A DNA stretch of 64,000 bases from the NCBI RefSeq assembly GCF_964188315.1, contig NC_135657.1, positions 61,132,001 to 61,196,000 on the forward strand. Direction: 5' to 3'. This DNA is from Podarcis muralis (taxonomy: Eukaryota). Under the pieces are notes generated by a model that saw nothing but the letters and a program-made list of their open reading frames with translations, did no database searches and was not told the origin of the DNA. Positions 36,836-49,328 of this stretch are shown here, in pieces; position 1 is the first letter of the stretch; every line of letters starts with the position of its first letter. The position numbers and the translations under genes are program-made.

Positions 36836-39246
36836 ACTTAAATCTTCATAGACTATCGGCTCCATTAGCCCAGCAATATGAACTATGTTTGCATGGGTGA
36901 GTACTGTACCACACTCCTTCACCCCACCCTCTCCTGACTGACATCCTTCCAGAGGGTGAAAGGGAAACAAGACGGCACGCGTTGATTACAACAATGACTG
37001 CTCTGAATGAACAGCTTTGAGATGACCTCCAGCAAACTCATCAAGCATGAACATAGAACTAATTGATGGACAGAGTTGATTGCTTCCTCCTCTCCTGCAC
37101 TTGAACAGGCTTATGGTTAAAAAACCAGAGGCAGCAATGGGGAAAGCAGAGCTAAGTAGACAAGCTGCATTCAAGAGTATTACAACTGCTGGGAATATTT
37201 AATATGATAGATTCTACATTATAAAAGAACAATTAATCTAGAGGTTATACCAGCAAAATGTTCTTTCTTCTTAATTTACTTACTTGCTCACTTTACTTGT
37301 TGTAGCTAGGTCCATAAAGAGACTAGATGGTGCTGTAGTGTGCCTAGGATTACACTCTCCTCAGCCCCACTCTTATGCCTGTCCCCGGCTTTCCAGGACC
37401 GAGAGATGCAATGAAAATGGCATTAGTGCATTATGAAAGATGCTATCTCCCTTCCTTATGATTTTAAAGCTACTTTAAATTGGTAGTGGAAGATACTAAT
37501 GGCAAAATAAAGGAGCAAGGAGGAGAAGGCAAGGCAAGGGATGTGGATGCTAGACCGAGGACCATAAAAAAGACCCAAGAAAATGAACACGGCTACCTAC
37601 CTGTAACCAAGAAAATTATGCCATAATCGCAGGTATGTTAATGCATATTCAAAGTCAGTTCCTTTATTTTATTTCTGGTAGATTTTTTTCTAAACGAAAT
37701 TAGGCAGATGCCACAGTCCAACCAAAACTTTATTTCAATGGGTTTAAGCATGTTTAATTCTGTGTTGGATTGTGATAACTGAAGCTTGCACTGCCAAACT
37801 GTTTTTTGTTCCAAAGTCCTTTGATGACACTGTTTCTCTCTCCCTACCCTCTTCTCTCTCTCCAAAATCCTACAATGATTGCAAGGGACTAAACCAGATA
37901 CATGGACATCTCAGCCAAAAGCACACGGACATCTGTATGCCTTTTGTAAAATGTCTTTTCCAAAAGAAAAACGAAAAACCCCCAAAGCAATAGCTAGGCT
38001 GGTTTCCTTGCCTGAGTTCTTATAATTCCCCGCTTTGTAGAGCTACAGCAGGTGCTGCTCAATAGCATATTCAATGTGCCATATTGACACAAAAATTAAT
38101 GTTTATTTTGGAGAATGCCATTGTGCACCACAACCACTCATTTATTATGGCAGCAAAATGAGAATTTGTCTTTCTTTCTTCAGTTTCTCTCTGACGTGCC
38201 TACTTCTGTAGACAATAAGTGTTTCCCTCAATTCTCAATCACCTATTATAACTGCCAGACCAAATGTAGTGCGCCCTTCAAAATATTCTCATGTTAAATT
38301 GCTCACCCATGTCTTTAGTCTGAAGAATGGCAACCGCTGTTCCCAGAGGAGAGTGCTGACTCTTTGATACATATTAAACAGTCCTAAGCAGCGTGGGTCT
38401 GCAGGCACTGTTATTAATAGAATGAATGTCTCAATGGCCAATGATTGACAGTTCTTTTGCCAAACAGCACCACGTAAAATCATTCCAAGTAAGCAATGCC
38501 TACAGTACAGTGCAGTACAGTATGTTTTCACATGACTGAGATTAGCTGACTTCGAGGCCAGTTTCATGCCAAGAGCTTTCAGTAATCATACAGGAAATGC
38601 AAATAGTGACAAATTAATGGGAGATAGACGTAGGAAGTTGCGCCTATATTTTACAAAGTGATCATTTACTCCTAGCCACCCTTCTGACTGGCATCCTGCC
38701 TTATGTTTACCATATGACTGAACACCATGCGGCATGAAATTGGTCTCAGCAGGGCAATAGTCCCATGCCAAACCAATCTGGGCTTCATTTTCAACCTGTG
38801 ACTATCCTCTTGATTCCATCAGTTCTGGAATTGTAGTACAGTACTCCCCCCCCCCCATTGACTAATTGCTTCACCATTGATTATGTCAGCTATTCCTATG
38901 CTTTCTTCCTCCTACAGGCCACTTGAAAATTACGGAGGATCTTGGTGGGCCATTTAATGATTTTGCAGCCTGCGCCATGCTAGATGCTGTATGATTTTTC
39001 ATTGTATTTTAATTGCTTCTTTTATTTCTGACATTTTGCATTCTATTGCATTACAATTTGAATTCTATAGAATTTAGCAACATAATAAAATACAACATAA
39101 GAAATGAAAAGCAATTAAAAATCAATGAGAATATTTAATGCGATGGATGTGCCATTTTCAACTGTAAATCCACAAACACACCGTGAATCACCTGAATGAA
39201 GCTCAGTCATACATGGACCGCAGTTTGAGAAGCCCTAGATTATGCA

Positions 39247-39594
39247 GGGATGCGGGTGGCACTGTAGTCTAAACCACAAAGCCTAGGGCTTGCCAATCAG
39301 AAGGTCGGCGGTTCGAATCCCCGTGACGGGGTGAGCTCCCATTGCTCGGTCCCTGCTCCTGCCAACCTAGCAGGTCAAAAGTGCAAGCAGATAAATACGG
39401 TAGGTACTGCTCCGGCAGCAAGGTAAACAGCATTTCCATGTGCTGCTCTGGTTTGCCAGAAGCGGTTTAGTCATGCTGGCCACATGACCAGTAGTTGTAT
39501 GCTGGCTCCCTCGGCCAGTAAAGCGAGATGAGCGCTGCAACCCCAGAGTCGTCCATGACTGGACCTAATGGTCAGGGGTCCCTTTACCTTTACC
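39247..39594 (+). mobile_element. Sauria SINE, full length
   Basis: GGGATGCGGGTGGC head, B-box GGTTCGAATCC and TTTACCTTTACC tail. TSD CCTAGATTATGC at 39234-39245 and 39593-39604. Confidence 0.92.
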
Positions 39595-39670
39595 TAGATT
39601 ATGCTATATATAGATGTGGGAGCCCATCCAGCATCAAGTCACATGCAATTAGTTGTACACAAAATGCATA

Positions 39671-39896
39671 CAGTGGTACCTCTGGTTAAGAACTTAATTC
39701 GTTCTGGAGGTCCATTCTTAACCTGAAACTGTTCTTAACCTGAGGTACCACTTTAGCTAATGGGGCCTCCTGCTGCCACTGTGCCGCTGCCACGCGATTT
39801 CTGTTCTCACCCTGAAGCAAAGTTCTTAACCCAAGGTACTATTACTGGGTTAGCAGAGTCTGTAACCTGAAACGTCTGTAACCTGAGGTACCACTG
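39671..39896. mobile_element. Non-autonomous Tc1/mariner (pogo/Tigger-like) MITE, copy 2
   Basis: Same TIRs (CAGTGGTACCTC...GAGGTACCACTG), TA TSD, 226 bp; collinear with copy 1. Confidence 0.9.
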
Positions 39897-41154
39897 TATT
39901 CCTATCCACATAAAAATATGCATCTGTGTCATGTAAGCTTGGCCTTCTTTGCTAGATTCAAGCAGTGGTGTATAATGCCCTAAAACACACACCTAAAACT
40001 ACAAAAGGCATGTCATGCGCTCTGTCCCGTTCTTACACACACACAGGATCACAAATACATCAGATAAGTAAATTTATAGTTTAAGCCCACTTACTCATCT
40101 CCTCACCGCCCCAACAAGAATAAAAACTTCTTAAGGCATCTGTAAAGCAATGCATTTTATTACCATGTCTCATTCTCCAGATTAATTGAAGTCTTCTATT
40201 TATGCAATTAAAATGCCTCAGCACGAGGCAATAGTTATATCATTTTACATTACAACAGTCTCTTTCACTGACAAAAAAGCCCTCCTTTGGGCTGCATGTA
40301 CCAAATCCCCATTTTTTAAAAGCTGGGAATTCTTAAACACCCATGTTAAGCTATGAACAGAGATAGAGCATAACCACGCATTCTCCTCTGCCTCTCTTTT
40401 TTACACTGTACAAGTTTCACCAGCACACTTTAAAAGTGTCCAATACTGTTGGCATTTTCAGATACTTCTACTAGCACTTTTAAAAGCAGCAAACCAGGAC
40501 TTTCCCACAAAGCATGTGGAAAAGGCACCATATTCAGTGGTAAGTTAGCACTTCATAGCCTCCAGGTACCAAAAGAGTTGTGTGGTCAAAAATCAAGTTA
40601 TTCTCCATGGCTTGTTGAACATATTTAAAAAGGGATCTGGAATCACTATTCTGTGCCTTGGCCAACTAATTTACAAAGTAATTAAGCCTTCTAATTTACT
40701 GAGCCACACCTGCCTGCATATAATAGAATGAACCTATTTTAATATTCAAGGGTAGACAATGTTATTAAATAACTACATGTTTAAATGAATGATAAAGCAA
40801 TGAATTTGCTAGAAGGAAAACATATGAATATATGAAACTAAAATATGTCAAATCAGGCCATTAATTCATGTGTGTGTGTGTGCGCGCGCACGCAAGCGAC
40901 ATAAGTGATTCATACTTCCTCATTTCCAAGAATCCTTGTTATCTGCGGAACTTCTTTCCCATGGAACCCTTGTATGTTGAAGGGAATTCTGGGGGGTTGT
41001 CTTGGAGAAAATACTGGGTTCATGTGCACTGGTTAGGTCTTCTGGGATTCATTGTCATTTCACCAGCACAGTCAATGCTCTCTTGTGTTTAGACATGGCT
41101 GGTTATGGAAGATTGGTGGGCAATCTAACTTTCAGTGAAATTAGACCACCATTA

Positions 41155-41371
41155 CAGTGGTACCTCGGGTTAAGAACTTAATTCGTTCCGGAGGTCCGTT
41201 CTTAACCTGAAACTGTTCTTAACCTGAAGCACCAATTTAGCTAATGGGGCCTCTTGCTGCCGCCGCTGCACAATTTCTGTTCTCATCTGAAGCAAAGTTC
41301 TTAACTCGAAGTACTATTTCTGGGTTAGCGGAGTCTGTAACCTGAAGTGTATGTAACCCGAGGTACCACTG
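41155..41371. mobile_element. Non-autonomous Tc1/mariner (pogo/Tigger-like) MITE, copy 3
   Basis: TIRs CAGTGGTACCTCGGGTTA / TAACCCGAGGTACCACTG, TA TSD, 217 bp. Confidence 0.9.
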
Positions 41372-42514
41372 TACTGATCTTCTCAGTGCAGGATACCTGG
41401 GACACCTAAGCAGAGGAACTACAAGGTTCTCTGGATCAGGATTTGAAAGCCACTTGTCTACTCTGACTGCTGTCAGCTCTCCAAAGTCTCTGGTGAGTAT
41501 TCCTCAGTCCTTCAATCTGAGATCTTTCAATGGGAGGCTGCCCAGAATTGAAACTGGGACCTTCTGCACACAAAGTATGTGATCAATTTGGATCATTCAA
41601 ATCACAGCCAAGTACTCTATTGATGTGTCAAATTTTAAATGCAGCCACAGTGTGTTCCAGTCTGAAGCCATTTAACAATTATGGGGTAAAGCCCACAAAG
41701 CACAGATATAACCTAACCTCCACTTGCTTCAACAAGGCTTTAGTGAGCACAAAGTCCAGTGAAATAAATGGGCAGGGTGGGGGTTGCATTGAATTCTGCC
41801 TATATAGGACTGAAAATTGTGCCTGCAGTGAAAAAGCATGGTTAACTGGTGAATTTTGTCTATAGTCTCTGTCTTTGTCCTTTTGATGTTTCTCAGTAGC
41901 ATCTCAAGGAAAAAGGGTTTCATTGGGGAATGTTGGATGGAAGGCCAATTTCCCTGCTTCAGCACCTTGCTTTCTCATTCTTCCCTTCTTCACAATACCC
42001 AAATCATGAGAAGTGGTCTGCAAATGAATTTGGGAGTGGGACATGGGGAACACAGCAGCAGGAGTGGAAGAGGCTTTCATGTAGAGGTCAGGCCTATCAT
42101 CTTTGAAATTAAAAGAGCATACATGTGCTTGCCTTTTGTGTGACTCATCTACGATTTGTGGAATGCTCCTAGTTTGTAGCAGGACTGGCATTGCATGGGC
42201 AAGCTTTGAGTTCACAGACATTGTTTGTAACAAACTTCAGGATGTAGAAGCACAGTTTACTGCTTCAGATATTGGCTGATTTGCATAGTTAAGCCAAAGT
42301 ATGGTTTACTGGGACCATGTAAATATGTGGGGACTCAGAGAAGAGCTTGCAGCCACTTTGTTCCTCCTTAGTCTTTTTTACCCCGGCCCCAAACCAAAAT
42401 TTGGCTTAGTGTGTTGCCCAAACACAGGGTTGTGGTTAAGCTCTCTCTCTCACTAACTATGAGCTGCAGCCAAGGTTCATTCATGCTACAGAATGTGATT
42501 AGAGCTGAACCATG

Positions 42515-42638
42515 AGGCAACCCTGTTTAGGGAAGTTTTTAATGTTTGATGTTTTATCGTGTTTTTAATATTCTGTTGGGAGCTGCCCAGACTGGCTGGG
42601 GAAATCCAGACAGATGGGCAGGGCATAAATAATAAATA

Positions 42639-42686
<48 letters not shown>
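42515..42686 (+). mobile_element. L2-clade LINE 3' tail with (GAT)n
   Basis: CCCTGTTTAGGGAAGTTTTTAATGTTTGATGTTTTAT...GGCTGGGGAAA.CCAG.CAGATGGGC...ATAAAT followed by (GAT)16. Confidence 0.8.
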
Positions 42687-42979
42687 AAACCTTGGCTTAG
42701 CTTAGTGCAGGAGTAAAGAAATAATAATAATTGAGGAGCAAAGTGGATTTGTGAGCTCTTTTGCAGCAGCCTACATGTTCACACAGCCCTGATAAGCCAT
42801 AGTTTGGCTTACCATGTTGTGCAAACCAGGCCAATGCCTGAAGCAGTGAAATGTGCTTCCAGATACTTCAGTTTGCTACAGCCACTATCCATGAACTCAA
42901 GGCTTACACATGCAACCCCAACCCTGCTATGAGTTAGAAACACATTTTGTTTAGTGTAAACAAGGCTGATGTGTTGAGT

Positions 42980-42982
<3 letters not shown>

Positions 42983-43026
<44 letters not shown>
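42983..43026. repeat. (GT)22 microsatellite
   Basis: Directly visible. Confidence 0.98.
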
Positions 43027-43030
<4 letters not shown>

Positions 43031-44704
43031 AATTTCTAGTAGATACATATGTTAAGAGGAGGCTGACCATATCAATATTTTCTTGTTACCCATTCAGCTC
43101 TTGAGTAGCATTCAGGTGGATAAGAGAAACTCAATTCAGCTTAAGGCTGCTGGGGCTTGGATGTGTGAGAAGATTGCCTCGATTTATAACTTGCTGCTTG
43201 GGGAAGGTTGAGAGAAGCTCTGGGTTGGTGGTGGTGGCAGTCTCACTGCCACGCCCTCACCCCACCCCATCCCTGCCCCTCACACCTGACCTCATCAACT
43301 CCTTTCTACAAACTTTCCTTTTGAATGCAGCCCCAAGTCACCTTATAATGCTTCTGTTATAAGACAAAAGAAAGTACTTTTTCATACCACACATCATTAA
43401 TGTATAACATTCACTATCACAACGTTTGTTGATGGCTGCTAGCACAGAGGGCTTTGAAAGGGGAATTCAGCAGATTAATGGAGGGTTGTTTTGCCAATGG
43501 CTGTACAACAGCCTCAATTTTCAGCAACAGTGTGCTGTTGAATATCACCTGACAGCAACCGTGGAAGAGGCTGTTCCCTTCAAGACCTTCTTGTACACTT
43601 CCTGAACGCATCTGGTTGGATGCTGTACTAGGTGGACTTTTTATGTCCACATTCCCTCAACCTGGTGTCCTCCATATATTTTGGTCTATATTTCCCATCA
43701 ATTCTGATCATTGGCCATGCTAACTGGAACTGATGGGAGTTAGAGTCCAACAACATCTGAAGGGCACCGTTTTGGGGACAGATGGCTTATGTTTATTCAT
43801 TTATTTCATAAAATTTATATACCTGTAGATCGTAAGGAGGGGGGGGACCCTCAGAGTGGTTTATTCTTTCAATAATCCTGCACTGGAAATACATTTTAAA
43901 ATAATACATGACTTCCGAACTCTCCAGTGCACAAAGTATTTTTGAACACACTGAGTTTGCCTGTTACCATGAATGTTAACTAAAAATAGACTAGTTGAGA
44001 AAGTTGAGGCCAGCTGGGATATAGAAGCCTCAGTCCACCTCCCACACCTCTCTCATCTTGTCAGCAAAGGCAGAATAGGCAGAGAGAAAGTGGGATGGTG
44101 CCCAATTATCAGGAAGATCTTATTATCTTACTTCCATTCATTCACTGCAAGGGCTGTCCACATAGGGGTGGGACTTGCAGTATATCTGGAAGATGGCAAG
44201 TGGGATCCGTGAGATGACTCACGGTTTTTGCACTTCCCATTCATTTAGCTTTCAAACCACAGAGAATCCAGTGATAGTTCCTTTTGAATTACCTTTTGGA
44301 CAAATCTTTTTAGCTTTTGCTTTTGGGTCTCATGCTTTTAACCGCTGAGAGTAATTCCATTAGTACTTCAGAGAGTACGTAAAGAGGGACACACTATTAA
44401 TTCAATCAAGTTGACTTATGTGAATATAAAAGCAAGCTGTGGGGTGGGGTGGGGGCACCTGCTTGGTGGTCCAGGCCTGGTTTTGATCTCAGAGATTTTG
44501 ATTTCAGTGAAAGTCCACACAAAAATGGGATTTCACTGAATCTAAGCATGACCATGGTGCCTTTGTTCCTTCAGAATGAGGTAAAATCTTGCTAATAAAC
44601 AATTAAGATTTGTCTGTGAACATATGAAAGCATCTGTCCTTCTGTACTCCCACCACAAGGAAAACAATGCACATATCCTTGATTATTTGCTAATAAATTA
44701 TTCT

Positions 44705-45531
44705 TCAAGGACTTGGTAGCTCCTCATTCTCTACTAGGTAATCTTTCTTCATATAATTAGCCCCCCTAACCAACCTCCATACTCCAAGGTAGGCATCCTT
44801 TAATGAGCTGTTGGTAACTCCTTCAGAGTTGCCACCATCAGTGACAGTGGGCGCATTTCCTTGTCCCACTATGCTGTCCTTCTCCTCTGTGCTTTGCTGG
44901 TCACTTCCATTTGCTGACTCCTCCATTGGTGTCTCCCCATGCTCTGTGTCCTTGGAGATCTCCTCCATTACAAAAGGCGGCTGCTCTCCATCACATTCTT
45001 TCTTCTCCTCTTCCCTCATTTCCTTCTCCAAGTCTTCGTAATGACTCTGCTTTCTCGTTTCCATGTACTTGGCTACACAATAAATGATGGAGCCTATGGT
45101 ATTTACCACCACACCAGCTATAAACAGCTTTGTAGGCTCCACGTCGCTAAAAGCCACCATCCCGACCGTGATGGTTGCGATGCTCTTCACGACCCCAACG
45201 AAACTGGTGGTTACAGCCGAGTTGATGTAGGTGCAGTGGAGAGTGGTAAAATTCATGGCACAGCCAATCACGACACACACAATAAAGGTGCAAGTCATGG
45301 CAGGATCTTTCCATCCTGGGAAGGACCAGACATTGATGGCATCCATGCTGGCAAAGGAGAGGATGATGAGAAAAGGTGTGGCAGAAACAGCAATGGCATA
45401 CTGGGCCGTAAGGGGCCCATAGTCACTATCTGCACTCGTCTTTTGAATGAGTACCAAATAGGCTGCATGCACCAGCACAGCCAGCACTCCAGTCAGATAC
45501 CCAATAGGATCACCAGTCAGGTCACCCGCAC
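44705..45531 (-). CDS. SLC35D3: SLC35D3 exon 2 (terminal); full protein 420 aa
   Basis: Polypyrimidine tract plus cggcag|GT; phase 1 matches exon 1. Encodes GAGDLTGDPIGYLTGVLAVLVHAAYLVLIQK...FTTLHCTYINSAVTTSFVGVVKS...KKDYLVENEELPSP-TGA. 436+827 = 1263 nt. Confidence 0.97.
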
Positions 45532-48500
45532 CTGCCGATTTTGAGAGAAAGAGAAAGAAACATGCATTTACATGCCAGGATGTAGGGACTCTGCCTATAG
45601 CAACATTTCAGAGAGATCACAAGTCTAGTTCTGCAGGATCATCCCTCTTCTCCTACAGCAGGTGATAAGGTCAGTGCCAGAGCAATTGCAGCAGTAGCAA
45701 TGAGTAAGACTTTGAATCTCAGGCCGTTTGCCTTGAGCACAAATGCAGGATTTCACAGGGGTCTCTAATGTTCATATTCAGCCCTCATTTAAATGACTTT
45801 TTAGCAAGTAACTACCCACAAATACATGCAGAAGCCCACTTGTTACATTCATTCCTATAATGCTTTGAATAGAAAGAGCTTGAATTTACTCAGCTGGATA
45901 TGTAATATTGTAGAGCCAATATCTGCTTGCATTCCCTTTGAGGGAAACAAAAGGATTGATGGTGCGGTGTTTGACAATAGCTTAGTTTGAGGCACCATGA
46001 CAGAGCAGTCATTGCTTGTTTTTACACGTGGTTAGGGTTTTTGTTCTGAGTTTCACCAGTCAAAACAGTTTTGCATATTTGTGTAGCCCAGAAAAGCCAA
46101 GGGTAGCAGGTGATTTGGCTACCACTGCAAAAGATATATGCACCTTTTTTTAAAGATTATAGGGTACACCTGCTGAATATGGTCTGGGATGAACACACTG
46201 CACCCCTTCCAACTCCCAAAGCACTCTTAAAGCTGTTTTTAAAGATTGTAAATAGATGGTAACATGTTCACAAATACACTCCTGTAGATTTGTTTAAAAA
46301 ATTATCCTTTGAAGTTAAACCAAATCACCTGTCACCTGTACCAGAAGATCCTTGGCATCTCCTCTGGTGAATTTTAACATTCCCTCAATTTGTATCAACT
46401 TGAGCAAAGAAGTGTGGCAAAGAAGTAAGAAAACATAGCGAACAAGCTTCTTCCACTCACTCCAACAAGGTTTCTCTCTCCCCATCTCCTTCCCCTGTGA
46501 TTGTACAGTGATCAAGGTACTTATGCCACAAGAGAGGAAGCTGTTCCTTTTCCTCCACAGATAAGAGCACCTGAGCACACTCTGGGTCATCCAATTAATA
46601 CAGAATATAGCCCAGCAGCCCATGTTAGTTAGCTGTCTGTGACTGAATCCTTCTCAAAGTGAGTGGGGAGGAAGTCCAGGGCCTGGTCTAGCAGAATGAG
46701 CAGGAGGGTACTCAAATGCAGCAGGGCTGCATTTCCAGATTGTGAGGTGAATAAAGGTCCACATTACCATCTAAAGAGCGCTGCCCCCTTAAAAGCACTA
46801 AGTCTAGAATCCAACTTTGGCCAACTGCACTACTGCCTTCTATGGAAAGCAGACACAACTTGAGCAATCTGTCTCTAGATAACACCCTCTTATGAACAAA
46901 CAAATAGGGGGAAATGGCACAAATATTTATATAGGGAAAAAATATAGAAGTTAAGTTACTGACTGTCATTGTCTCATAGTGATTTTATGTAAACTGCTTA
47001 CAGGGCTTGATGATTAAGTGGTACATACTGTAAATAAACTAATAAATAAAATAATATCCAAATCTCTTTGTAGGGCAAATATTTCTTAGTGTGCTTCATT
47101 CTTTCATATCCTTTTAAACTAAGCAAGAGTTTATTTCCAAGGTGGGGGGAAATATGACACCCCGCTTTGTTTAATAACCAGATAAGAAGACACTGGGAAT
47201 TGCTGGTTAATTATTCTATCTGCACAGTTCTTGCAATAGCTAAAGCATTAATTTTTTTAACTCAGTCATATTCATCCCAGCTTAACTATCCTTGAGGATT
47301 CAGAACTAGTTCTCACTTCTGAACATGCATACATGTATACATGAATTCTGGCGATCCAGTTATTCCTAAATAGAATTTCCCCCTGTCTATTAATGGCACT
47401 GGTAATAGACTTTAATTATAGACTGTAGAGACAGTGGCACTGCCTGACGGATCCATAATGTGGATTTTCTCGAGAGTTTTTCCTCATCCTTAACAACAGC
47501 TGCCATGTGACAGACAAGCCAGGCAGCTGCAAATAAAATGGGGCTAGCGGAAGAAGAGGGCTTGGGGGGGAAATCAGCTGGGCCACTTTAGACATGACAT
47601 TTCTCCTGCATGGAGATAATCCCCATAAAGGAAAAATCACGTCCATGGGTCATGCATAGAAAACACAGGAGTGCAAATTTGACTGACGACAGATGTACTG
47701 CAGGTGTACTCAAGTGTACATATTTTGCTTCTTACATGGAGATGACCTACCTGTGTGTTTTTAGTTAGAAAGAGCCTTTATTGAACTCTTTATTATAGAG
47801 AAAATGAGTATTTTTAAAAAATTAGAAAGCCCATGGCATAGGGGAAGGGGGTGGTAAGTTGTGGTGGAAGGGGGGCGCAAGTTTGGGTTAGAACCTGGGC
47901 AGCTTTGGACATAGTTTGCATTTATGCAAACAGTGCACATACATGTGAGAATGGCACACAGATGTGTACCCTGACATAAAACTAGCCATGTCAGGGAGCT
48001 CATACTGTGTGAAGCAGCCCTGAGGCAGCCTCTGCTAATTAGCAGAACTGTATGCTTGAGTGTAGAAGAGGAAGGATGAGGCAAGACCCTGCCACTGGGA
48101 GGATGATGGGACAAGGAGTCATGGGAGAAGGAGCAGTGGTAAGAGTGCGGAGCTATGAACTTTGGCGAGGTACTACTAATCTTCATAAAATATTGGCTGA
48201 GAAGATACTGATGACTTTATTGGGGTGTTTTGAGGGGTGGAGATGGAATGGGAATTGGTTGAGGCTTGTAGGTGTGGAATGGGAAGTATTTGAGATAGGA
48301 AGAAGTGACTTTAAAGGAAGGACTACATTACATGTTTTTACATCTCTATCTTTTCACCCACCTTCCAACCTTTATAGTCACTTTATTAAGGACTGGACAG
48401 TGATATTAGGCTGAAAATATATGAACATAAAAATATATTTAAGGGGTGGGAAAACTGCTGTGTTGAAGGTTGGTGTGGAAACATGATGTAGGTTGAGGCG

Positions 48501-48892
48501 AGCTCTAGAGATGATCAGAGATGTAATAATAAAAGCTAAGGAAGCGTGGAAGGAGGTAAGATAGAGATGGCAAGAGGGTCGCAGCAGGAGTCAGTGGGAA
48601 TCCAAGCGAAAGACCAGAGTGGAGAGAGAAAAGGGAGGTGGTGGGTGATGGGGTTGATGAGTCGGGAAGTGATGGGGTGAGGAAAGGACAGAGTGGGAGG
48701 TGATGTGGCTGTGCGGGCATGCCAAGGAGCTGGATATGATCGGCAGCGGGTGAAGGGGGGGAGGGGGCGATGAGAGGGGACTAATCGAAGGGACGAGGCA
48801 GGACAGGGTAGAACCCGCAGGATCCTGGTGAAATGAGCCGTGAGGACCGAGGAGGAGCTGTGGCGAGGTTTCCCTCTCTCTCCATCACTCAC

Positions 48893-49328
48893 CTGCCAGA
48901 GCCGCCCCGCAAGTGGTGATGAGGACGGCCACCAAGACCCCGACGGAGGGGATGCCGTTCTTGAGCACCAGGACGCCGATGAGGAGGGTGACGAGGGGCA
49001 GGCAGCGCTTGAAGACCACGTACATGGGCAGGCTGAGGCCGCGCAGGGACCAGAGGGTGAGGCTGGACTGGAGCGTGGAGAGCAGCGTGACCCCGGCGAA
49101 GAGGCGCGCCAGGCTGAAGCCGAAGGGCGGCATGTCCAGGGCGCCCCGTCGCCGCAGCACCTCCAGGCTGAGCGCCGCCGTGGAGCTGGTCAGGCACTGC
49201 AGCAGCGTCAGGAAGGCGAAGTGGTAGCGGGTGATGAGAAACTTCAGCAGGATGTTGAGCGAGCCCGAGAACACCCCGTGCGCCACCGCCACCGAGATGC
49301 CCAACGCGCGGCCCCGGCACAGCTGCAT
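48893..49328 (-). CDS. SLC35D3: SLC35D3 exon 1 (nucleotide-sugar transporter family 35 member D3)
   Basis: ATG at 49328 in good Kozak context (gcaccATGc). Encodes MQLCRGRALGISVAVAHGVFSGSLNILLKFLI...SLPMYVVFKRCLPLVT...LITTCGAALA, near-identical to human SLC35D3 (recalled). Donor GGCAG|gtgagt; 436 nt. Confidence 0.97.

Noticed and set aside
14521-41371. Recurrent near-identical motifs such as CAGTGGTACCTC and GTTCTTAACCTGA as a CRISPR-like or satellite array
   Set aside because: They are TIRs and subterminal repeats of dispersed MITEs with TA TSDs; there is no repeat-spacer periodicity and the DNA is eukaryotic.
44939-45544. 201-aa + strand ORF antisense to SLC35D3 exon 2
   Set aside because: Antisense shadow of real coding sequence; begins at a non-ATG codon and has no domain similarity.
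45529-48900. Identical GGCAG|GTG at both SLC35D3 splice junctions
   Set aside because: Ordinary proto-splice-site consensus; it only causes aligner ambiguity.
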